A stretch of DNA of 20,000 nucleotides, taken from contig NC_057719.1 of NCBI RefSeq assembly GCF_004010195.1, forward strand, positions 9,440,708 to 9,460,707. Reading direction: 5' to 3'. Positions 11,186 through 19,273 of the stretch are shown piece after piece (within the stretch, counting starts at the first letter, position 1; the number at the start of each line of letters is the position of its first letter). The translations under genes were made by a program, and so were the position numbers. The DNA is from Chiloscyllium plagiosum (Eukaryota). The notes under the pieces are model-generated. The model saw nothing but the letters and a program-made list of their open reading frames with translations. It was not told where the DNA came from and ran no database searches.

Positions 11186-11949
11186 TATTTCTAAAAGTAA
11201 AGGTTCAGGGACAAAAGAAAAAAATACTTCGTGTTCACATTGTCCTGTTTCTCTCAACCACCTGCATCGCTGAGTCCTTAAATTAAAATCTTAGGTTAAC
11301 CTGTGCCATATTTTGAAAAACAAGCAGAAATGAGTCAAAGGATATAAAGAGCAGGGGTATGCAGTTAATATCTGCAGTTCTGCTTCATACCAATGAGGGT
11401 GAGAGATCACATGTTGGACGTCCTGGATGGAGGCAAGGTCCATCAGTGAGCAAGTCACTCAGGGATTATAGTCGTACACCTTTCTCTAGCTTGTTCACAC
11501 ACATACAATAATTTTAACAAGTGTTGTGCATTTGAATCCCTGGCCTGGATTGTCATGAAGGAAAGGCATTGACAAATACTGGGGTCAATGCACTGATATG
11601 TTCATGTGGATTTGTAATCACCAGACCTGCAGGAGAGACTGCCAATGTGTGCCGCACTACAAGCTATGAAATAAGTTTGCATTAATATTTATTTTTGTTT
11701 TTAATGAGACCTATTACAAGCACAACAGGCATTTTTAGTACACATTCCTCACTGTGCAACAGAGAGCAGCATAGGAATGTTAAACTGCCTGACTCTTTGT
11801 CATTTGTAAACTGCACTCCCGTTGACAAAAAAGTGAAGGATAAAGTATTACATATCCGTTTCACCACAGACTGAAGGAATTGCTTTGAATTTGTTACCAT
11901 CTGGAGAATGTTAACACCTTCCAATTAATCAATGCTTGAGCACATTCAT

Positions 11950-12090
11950 GGGATGTGGCTATTGGTGGCAGGGTCAGTATTTCCTGTTCCTGATTCTATT
12001 GTGGGATGTGGGTATTGCTGGCAGGGTCAGCATTTCCTGTTTTTGATTCTATCACGTGATGTGTGTATTGCTGGCAAAGCAAGCATTTGT
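11950..12090. repeat. 53-bp tandem repeat, about 2.6 copies, built from a SINE 3' tail
   Basis: Units start at 11950, 12003 and 12056: gggatgtgg(c/g)tattg(g/c)tggcagggtcag(t/c)atttcctgtt(cc/tt)tgattctat. Confidence 0.85.
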
Positions 12091-12291
12091 TACCCATCAT
12101 GAATTGGTCAGCATGACTTTCTGGGGCCATTTCAGAGGATGGTCGAGAGTTAACCACGTTGTATTAATATCTAACATTATTACAACCAAGCAAAACTGAT
12201 TAGAATATTTCGGTCTTGCTTTTGACCGATGCAGATTCAATGGGCCGAAGGGTCTTTTTCTGTGTTGTAGACCTCTATGGCCCGAGGACAG

Positions 12292-12946
12292 TGTAGTGAT
12301 TGGAACAAGGTTGACCAGACGGATCTCGTGGAGTATGGGTTCCCCGAGTGGCCTGGGTTAACAGTCTCCAATCAGGGAGCCCTGGCTGACAGGTATAAGC
12401 AGGAATCTCCAACAGGTCAAGGCAGCGGGCCGTGGAGGGGGTCGTTAGGGCCGACTGCCTGCCCCTCTTCTGTGGTTACGTTAGAGCCCGGGTGTCCTTG
12501 GAGAAGGAGCACGCGGTGTCCACCAACACCCTGGAGTTGTTCAGGGAGAGGTGGGCGCCGCGGGGAGTGGAGTGCATCATTTCTCCCTCCAACTCTATTT
12601 TGATTTAGTCCCTACCCTCCCCTTCACTGTTTTGATCACACAGCACTGCCCTTTGATGTGAAGGGCAGTGCTTGTCACTGGCCACTCGGGTGTTTTCCTA
12701 TCTTCCTGGTGGTGGAAATTGAATAAAGAGTTGTGCACTTTGTGTCTTTCACTGTGTCTCACACGTATATACACACACACCATCTGTGCTGGGGAAAAAA
12801 AAATAAAATAAAATAATCAGGAATCTCAGGGATTCTCCTCACTCTAGTAACTGGCTCTGAACTAGCTGGTCAGAGTCCATGTACTGTGTACGTGTAAATA
12901 AAGGGTGACTTGGTGACAGGATACCAGTCTCTGTACAGTGATTTCA
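12292..12946 (+). mobile_element. Solo LTR (about 237 bp once the nested insert is removed; Gypsy-like)
   Basis: TG...CA termini (tgtagtga..atttca), flanked by gacag/gacac (4/5-match TSD). Internal order is CCAAT (about 12368), TATAA (12394-12398), AATAAA (12897-12902). Confidence 0.75.
12410..12812 (+). mobile_element. 5'-truncated Tx1/L1-clade LINE 3' end inserted in the LTR
   Basis: Open frame 12411-12608: NRSRQRAVEGVVRADCLPLFCGYVRARVSLEKEHAVSTNTLELFRERWAPRGVECIISPSNSILI*, resembling a Tx1 ORF2 C-terminus. AATAAA at 12722, A-rich tail, TSD ataa(g/t)caggaatctc at 12395-12409 and 12813-12827. Confidence 0.85.
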
Positions 12947-12956
12947 GACACTAATA

Positions 12957-13415
12957 TCTGGAACGAGTTGATTGCTTTATAAGGAAAGGTCAGACAGGCT
13001 AGGCGTGTATCCTCTGGAGTTTAGAAAAGTCAGAGGTAACTTAATTGAAACATATAAGATCCTGAGAGGACTTAACCAATTGGATGTGGAAAAGATGTTT
13101 CCTCTTGTGTAAGAATCTAGAACAGGGAGTTAAAGTTTAAAAATAAGGGGTGCATAATTTGAACAGAGATGAGGAAACATTTTTTTCTTCTCTCAGAGGG
13201 TTATGAGTCTTTGGAATTCCTCAAAAAGTAGTAGATACAGAATCTTTAAATATTTTTAAGGCAGGGGTAGATAGATTCTAGATTACCAAGGGAATGAAAG
13301 ATATTGGGATATACAGCGATGCAGAATTGAGGTTAAAATAAGATCGACCATGATCTGATTGAATGGCAGAGCAGATTCAATGGGTCAAATGACTTTGTCT
13401 TGTACTTACATATGT
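12957..13415 (+). mobile_element. CR1 3' fragment
   Basis: RLGVYPLEFRKVRGNLIETYKILRGL and FSQRVMSLWNS motifs, plus a CR1 tail. Confidence 0.88.
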
Positions 13416-13465
13416 ATATTGCTGCTGTCTGGAGGCACATGTAGGCCAGACCAGGCAGGTCTTCT

Positions 13466-13899
13466 TCATAGAGTCATAAATATACAGCACAGAAACAGAC
13501 CATTTGGTCCAACCCAACCAGATATCCCAACCTCATCTAGTCCCATTTGCCAGCACTTGGCCCATATCCTTCTAAACCCTTCCTATTCATATACCCATCC
13601 AGATGTCTTTTAAATGTTGCAATTGTACCAGCCTCCACCACTTCCCCTGACAGCTCATTCCATACATGCACCACCCTCTGTGTGAAAAAGCTGCCTCTTA
13701 GGTCCCTTCTATATCTTTCCCCTCTCACCCTAAACCTATTCCCTCTAGTTCTGAAGTCTTCCACCCCAGGGGAAAGCCCTTGTCTATTTACCCTATCCAT
13801 GCCCTGCATGATTTTATCAACCTCTATAAGGTCATTCCTCAGCCTCCAACGCTCCAGGGAAAACAGTTTCAGCTTATTCAGCCTCTCCCTATAGCTCAA
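13466..13899 (-). mobile_element. CR1 3' fragment, same subfamily as 1255-1803
   Basis: ORF track: SYRERLNKLKLFSLERWRLRNDLIEVDKIM..FFTQRVVHVWNEL..FKRHLDGYMNRKGLEGYG. Confidence 0.95.
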
Positions 13900-13979
13900 T
13901 AAAAGGAATTAATTAACCTTTTTTTAATGACAATTGATCGTTCTCATGGTTACTGTTACCGAGACTATGTTTTAACTCA

Positions 13980-14180
13980 GTGAAAGTGAGGACTGCAGAT
14001 GCTGGAGATTAGAGTCAAGAGTGTGGTGCTGGAAAAGTACAGCAGAGCAGAAGAGAATTGACATTTTGGCCAAAGGCCCTTCATCATTCCTGATGAAGGG
14101 CTTTTGCCCGAAACATCGATTCTCCTGCTCCTTGGATGCTGCCTGACCTGCTGTGCTTTTCCAGCACCACACTCTTGATT
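13980..14180. mobile_element. Penelope tail family A, head-to-head hairpin with hammerhead motifs
   Basis: Arms are symmetric about cccttcatca-ttcc-tgatgaaggg (14077-14100). The + arm reads CTGATGA(14090)-A-GGGC-TTTT-GCCC-GAAAC-ATC. Confidence 0.88.
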
Positions 14181-15789
14181 TTAATTACTTGAAGTTAAAC
14201 CCTAACAGCTGACATTCCGAGATTTGAACCACATCCTCCCAGGCCTCTGAAGTACTAGTACCAATGACATTTGCCGCTACAGCACCATCTCATCTCGTTG
14301 TGTTTAAGTACTTATTGTCCACCTTTGATGACCCTGAGAAGCTGGGGACACAACTGTGTTGACACTTTGCTGAAAGCTAGAGAAACCTGCTCCGACCCAC
14401 CACCATTTACAACCCGCCAACGTCAATCAATCCAACATTCAGGCTTTTCTCTATTCATTGTTGGAGCCATGACATGCCAGTGGTACCCTTGAGTATCTCA
14501 GCAAATGCCTACCGTTCACACATAAACGAGCATCACAAGGACTCATTGTCCTGTCAATTGCAGAAGCATTGCAGTCAATTGCCACTCAACTTTCACCCTT
14601 TCGGGTATGGGTTCCTGGATAATGATCTGGAGCTGGAGCATGGCTTTATTCATTGTCCTAGGATCAAGAGATTAATTGCAGAGCTCTCTTAGAGCTGTCA
14701 GAAGCTGACTGAGTTTAAATTGCATAGGCTGGATTTTGGAGCATTTCCTTTCCTCTGAGAGAAAATAAGCAAACAACTCTGGCCTCAGCAAGGATTTGAC
14801 ACAATGCTTCTGAATCTGCAAACCCAGGAAAGGTAAGTGACCATTAATTCTAATCAAGTCGAGTGTAGCACAAAATTCACAGGCTTTAGAAATAGCTAGG
14901 CTGGTGAAGTACAACAGAATGCATCAAATAATGTCTCTCAGCTTTTATATAATGTTGGCTTTCTAAGACATGATCATGATATCACATCATAGCCTATGAC
15001 CTATTTGTGTAAAGATCCTGGTTTTCATTTTACTGAGGCCACTTACAAAATGATACACTTGAGGGAAATGTGCAACAGATTGGAACCAAATTACACCATG
15101 CTAGCCCAGACACAATGGTGACTGGGATTGTACATATGTAGGTACATGGAGCTGTAGTGAACATCTATATCAGTCCTTCAATATCACTGTTTAGTTCTTT
15201 TGTTACAGGAGCCAACGTAAGTATTATTTTATCAGCTACACTTTCCCTTCTGAAGGTAAAAACCCACTGCACCACAGCAGACCACAACAGCAGAACAGAT
15301 CAGAGTACAGGAGAAATTCAGAGTTGCAGTAATTTCTTTTTGCTCCAGAAATTTATTCTAAAGCATCAGCTATTAATGTAAAGTGTTACAAATTCAACTC
15401 AAGAGAACATAATTATGACAGCAGAAGAACGTCAGATTTTAAATTGCAGTGTCGACAAATATGGTTTCATTAGGCAAAAAGTTTGATTCAGCTGCAGCTC
15501 ACTTCCTTAGACATGATGCAGCTGTATTCTGTCCTATTGTTGAATGACGCCAGTCTCTTGCAGATTAAAACAGGATGTGCTTCTGCCTCCTAACTCCTAC
15601 AACCCTGAATGAAACAGTAAACGGTAGGGAAATCGTGCTGTGGCAATGTCACCAGACCACCAGTCCAAGACCAATGCACCGGGGGTATATGTTCAATTCA
15701 GGTGGAAACTGGTGGGTAGATTCAGTTAACAAATCTCATACATTATAAAGCTTGCTTCAGTAATTGTGCAGTGATTGGGTTTTTATCCA

Positions 15790-15860
15790 GGTGGTGGTGC
15801 AATGGCGGTAACTCTAATTCTGGGCTGAAGGATCTGGGTTCAAACCCTACCTGTTCTGGA
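15790..15860 (+). mobile_element. tRNA-derived SINE head (pol III A and B boxes)
   Basis: tggtgcaatgg (15795-15805) and ggttcaaaccc (15837-15847) at tRNA-like spacing; no convincing cloverleaf. Confidence 0.45.
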
Positions 15861-16417
15861 AAAATGTGTTTGAAAAGGTTGGTTTCAAAGAAAGACAGCA
15901 GAGTTCTGACTTCGCAGGGATCGTTCCCTTCGGGACACCACAGTCCATTCCACAACCATCAACACCAACCCCCCTTTCACACGGCACCTTCCTATGTAAG
16001 GTGCAAACCTTCACCTCCTCCATGCTCACCATCCAAGGGCCTGAACAGTCTTTCCAGGTGAAGCAGCATTTCACCTGTTCCTCCTCGAATCCTGCACCAG
16101 AGCGGCCGACTCTACATTGGAGAAACCAAACGCAGAATGGGTGGCCGCTTTGCAGAACACCTCAAGTCTGTGTGCAAGTAGGGCCAGACCTTCTCGTGTA
16201 TGGTTATTTCCACACAGTGTCCTGCTCACATACCCACGTGTCTGTCCTTGGCATGCTGCAATATTCCTGTGAAACACAGCGCTAACTGGAAGAACAACAT
16301 CTCATCTTCAGACTAGGCACTTTCCAACCTTCTGGGCTCAATATTGAGTTCAACATCTTCAAACTGTGAATCCATTCCTTCCCTTTCTTTCAGCTTTGCT
16401 TGTTACATTCACCAGGC

Positions 16418-16547
16418 AAAAGTGAGGATTGCAGATGCTGGAAACCAGAGTTTAGATCAGAGCGCTGCTGGAAAAGCACAACAGGTCAGGCAGCATCCGA
16501 GGAGCAGGAAAATCGACGTTTCGGGCAAAAACCCTTCATCAGGAATA
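16418..16547 (-). mobile_element. Penelope tail family A, single well-preserved arm
   Basis: aaagtgaggattgcagatgctgga..gctggaaaagcacaacaggtcaggcagcatccgaggagcaggaaaatcgacgtttcgggcaaaaacccttcatcaggaat; CpGs are retained. Confidence 0.9.
16510..16546 (-). ncRNA. Minimal type I hammerhead ribozyme motif with an intact core
   Basis: Minus-strand RNA AUUC-CUGAUGA-A-GGGU-UUUU-GCCC-GAAAC-GUC|GAUUU. Both conserved boxes, stem II, a palindromic ACGU in place of stem III and the GUC triplet are present. Confidence 0.8.
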
Positions 16548-16621
16548 GAGGTTACATTCACTGTCACCATGTCCTCTTTCGTCTTCCCCCACCCCACTGG
16601 GACTGTCTACTCTTCCCATTC

Positions 16622-16712
16622 TAGAGTAGACAGGCAGGAGGCTGGAAGAAAACAGCAAGCCAGGTAGCATCAGGGGGTGAAGTCAATGTTTTGGATGTAA
16701 CCCCTCTTCAGG
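16622..16712 (-). mobile_element. Penelope tail, family C, with a degenerate hammerhead
   Basis: Minus strand cCTGAAGA-ggggttacatcc-AAAAC-attgacttc..gatgctacctggcttgctgttttcttccagc. Confidence 0.7.
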
Positions 16713-16817
16713 CTAGTCTGGCAGTTAGACACACCATTCTTCTGCCATTCTCACATTCCCATCACCTAATCTGAACTATCAACATCCTTTCTCCCTTTTC
16801 AGAGGTGGTTCTGATTA

Positions 16818-17121
16818 GGTTCCCTACAGCGCGGAAACAGACCCTTCGGCCCAACTAGTCCACACCGACCCTCCGAAGTGTAAACCACCCAGACCCATTC
16901 ACCTACTCTCTACTAATGCACCTATCACTATGAGCAATTTAGCATGACCAATTCACCTGACCTGCACATCTTTGGACCGTGGGAGGAAACCGGAGCACCT
17001 GAAGGAAACCCACGCAGACACGGGAAGAATGTGCAAACTCCACGCACACAGTTGCCCAAGGCTGGAATTGACCCCGGGTCCCTGGCACTGCGAGGCAACA
17101 GTGCTAACCACTGTGCTGCCC
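16818..17121 (-). mobile_element. HE1-type V-SINE
   Basis: Head gggcagcacagtggttagcactgttgcctcgcagtgccagggacccggggtcaattcc, V-domain, and LINE-derived tail gggccgaagggtctgtttccgcgctgtaggga. Confidence 0.95.
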
Positions 17122-17514
17122 CACCCTCAGCACTTGACCCCCCCAACCCCAACCCCTCATTATTGCACAAATGCTGTCCCCTCCACACTTCATCAGTTCT
17201 GAACACATCATCTACAGCTAGCTCTCTCTCCACAGATGCTGCCTGACCCGCTGTGATCGTTAGCATTTTCCTTTTCATTAGTAAAGTTCTTTCCTAGCAG
17301 GATGTGAGCATCTGAGTGGGGTAAGGACACAGAAGGGAAAGGTTGAAGTTAAAGTTTGTTCTGAATTACAGATTTACAACAAAATAAATTTGTAAATCAC
17401 TGATAGCTTTTTCTCACCTGTTTCAATGTATGGAAATCAGTGTGTGAAACAGTAGGGTCAGTAATGCAGAGGATGTAAACTCAATAATCAAATAAAGAAA
17501 TGAAGAATACTGGA

Positions 17515-17922
17515 AACTCTTCCTTTTTCTTATGCAGCAAATTGTTGTGATCTGGAATACCCTGGCTGGAAGGATAGTGGAAACAAGTTCAATTGTAGTT
17601 TGCAGGAGAGAACTAAATATAAACATGAAGAGAGAAAAAAATACAGAGGAACCTCGATTATCCGGCAGTCGATTAACCGAATTTCGGATTATCCGAACAA
17701 GATCGCAAGGTCCTGATGCGTGGCTAACTATGTTGTCCAGCATTGATTATCCGGCATTCAATTAACCGAGCAAAATACTCCTGGACTGTCTCCTGTGGAG
17801 AATCGAGGTTCCTCTGTATAATCACTGGCTACGCAGGAGGGAGAGAGAAGTGGAACTAATTGCATGTGGATCCATGAGAGTCTGATTGTCCTCCGAAAGC
17901 TACACAATTCTATGATTCTGTA
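17515..17922 (+). mobile_element. Old CR1 3' fragment interrupted by the MITE
   Basis: MQQIVVIWNTLAGRIVETSSIVVCRRELNINMK, a decayed QRVVxxWNxLP motif; tail ends attctatgattctgt. Confidence 0.7.
17644..17816. mobile_element. 173-bp MITE, Tc1/mariner-pogo (Tigger-like) superfamily
   Basis: Perfect 16-bp TIRs CAGAGGAACCTCGATT (17644-17659 and 17801-17816), TA on both sides, and internal repeated gatta(t/a)ccg motifs. Confidence 0.93.
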
Positions 17923-18169
17923 AGAAAGACTTGTAAATGTCCTATTTTTGTGGTAAAACAGGGGAGATTTTTGTTGGATCAATTGAGGATTTTCAAGGAT
18001 ATGGAAGATTTTGAGAATTATGCAAAAAAATGAAAGCTTGCTGGCTAATACATAACATTCAGGATTAGCCCGGATTATCATTAGAAGCAGCAAAGAGATT
18101 TTTTTATTTTAAAAAATGGTCATTAATGCATGTAATACCTTCCCACAAGCAACTCTTAAGGGAAAGACT

Positions 18170-18330
18170 GTCAAAGATTATAACAAAATTTAAAATTGTA
18201 TTTGACATACACAAAAAGATACATTGCAAAGGGCAGCTAAATTGGATTAGAATAGATAGCACAGATAAAGAGTTAATGCTAGTGATGAGGCTGAATGGTC
18301 CCGTCGTGTGTTCTGATCTCTGTAATTCTA
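18170..18330 (+). mobile_element. Very old CR1 3' tail remnant
   Basis: atttaaaattgtatttgacatacac..tgatgaggctgaatggtcccgtc..tgtaattcta. Confidence 0.5.
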
Positions 18331-18604
18331 CCATTGTTTCTGGTGAACTAGGTAACAAACAGGTCTTCACATCTGGTTTGTTAAACCTACTGCTTCTACA
18401 AGCAGATCCAACACTCTCGGTGACAAAAGTAATTGACAATTCCTTTGCCAAATGCCAAAGGAAGAACGCTGCTGAGTGCAGAGATGTCCAACGCGCCACT
18501 TCCTCAATAAGACATGAAACAGAGGTTTTTTCACAAGCTAAAATTTCTGTCTGAGATCAGTTGCAGTGTCCCAGTGAAGTCTAATGCAAGCTGCAGCAAT
18601 AGTA

Positions 18605-19048
18605 CCTCATTTTCCAACACTGAGTTCAAGAACTTCAGATCAGAACCTATTTTGCATCAATATCTCTCCTTTACTTTCATTATAAATCCCTTTGTCTTTT
18701 GCTCTGGACACCCTTACCATCTAGATTACAGTGGTGCTGGAAAAGCACAGCAGGTCAGGCAGCATCCGAGGAGCAGGAAAATCCTGATTCCTGATGAAGG
18801 GCCTTTGCCCGAAGTGTTGATTTTCCTGCTCCTCGGACGCTGCCTGACCTGCTGCGTTTTTCCAGCACCACTCTAATCTTGACTCTGATCTCCAGCATCT
18901 ATTCCACTTGCTCCACCTTCCCCTCCCCATTATTTTCCAGGCCCCTTCACTTCTTAAGAAAATTTATTGGACTCAAAACATTAACTCTGCTTCTCTCCTC
19001 ACAGGTGCTGGCAGACCTGCTGAGTTTCTCCAGCACTTTCTGATTTTA
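18605..19048 (+). mobile_element. Penelope 3' relic hosting the 18721-18900 hairpin
   Basis: caacactgagttcaagaacttcaga parallels the NIEFNxF end of the other copies. The tail has a degenerate hammerhead (cttaagaa..ggactcaaaacattaact, about 18953-18986) and cagacctgctgagtttctccagcactttctg. Confidence 0.65.
18721..18900. mobile_element. Penelope tail family A hairpin
   Basis: The left arm (about 18724-18783) is the reverse complement of 18819-18878. The right arm has CTGATGA(18791)-A-GGGC-CTTT-GCCC-GAAG, a mutated GAAA box. Confidence 0.9.
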
Positions 19049-19049
19049 A

Positions 19050-19272
19050 ACAGAGGCTCCCGTTCTGAAGGACATGTGGGAAAAAAAAAGTCCTATGGCA
19101 CAAGTAAAGCCCTCCCTCAAGTTGTCCCCAGTGTCCTAGCCGGTATTTAAGCCTCATTACAAAATATAAAGAGGATCTAGACATGGCTGGTTGGTGGGGT
19201 TTGCTGTGTACAAATCGCTGTTTTATGACCTACATGGCAATTGTGACTACTCTTCCAAATGACTCTATTGAC
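19050..19272 (+). mobile_element. Old Deu-domain SINE remnant
   Basis: aaagtcctatggcac..ccccagtgtcctagcc..ggtggggtttgctgtgtacaaat..gtgactactcttccaaatgactctattg resembles the recalled Deu/AmnSINE1 body. Confidence 0.5.
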
Positions 19273-19273
19273 T

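Larger units (their letters stand above)
13416..14292 (-). mobile_element. tRNA-derived SINE broken into pieces (13416-13465, 13900-13975, 14181-14292)
   Basis: Minus-strand head gagatggtgctgtagcgg..ggttcaaatc (A/B-box-like) at about 14215-14292; body motif cctggtctggcctacatgtgcctccagac at 13425-13456. Confidence 0.55.
15930..17280 (+). mobile_element. Penelope-like retroelement 3' portion (decayed GIY-YIG endonuclease plus tail) carrying three nested insertions
   Basis: HGTFLC..QGPEQSFQVKQHFTCSSSN, LYIGETKRRMGGRFAEHL (16110 onward), LEEQHLIFRLGTFQPSGLNIEF (16286-16351). Tail pieces 16715-16800 and 17125-17280 match 3534-3925 in reverse. Confidence 0.9.

Noticed and set aside
11950..12090. 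CRISPR-like array
   Set aside because: The units are contiguous with no unique spacers, there are no cas genes, and the context is vertebrate.
14512..14657. Minus-strand exon bounded by cctAG and GTaggc
   Set aside because: Stop codons occur in all three frames.
15790..15860. Functional tRNA gene
   Set aside because: A and B boxes are present, but there are no convincing acceptor or anticodon stems; a SINE head explains it better.
18104..18554. Overlapping 131-aa and 142-aa ORFs as real genes
   Set aside because: They have no recognisable domain, partly overlap a CR1 tail, and lack convincing splice boundaries.
18605..18646. Minus-strand exon GSDLKFLNSVLENE
   Set aside because: The acceptor is purine-rich, and the sequence is the antisense of a Penelope 3' end.
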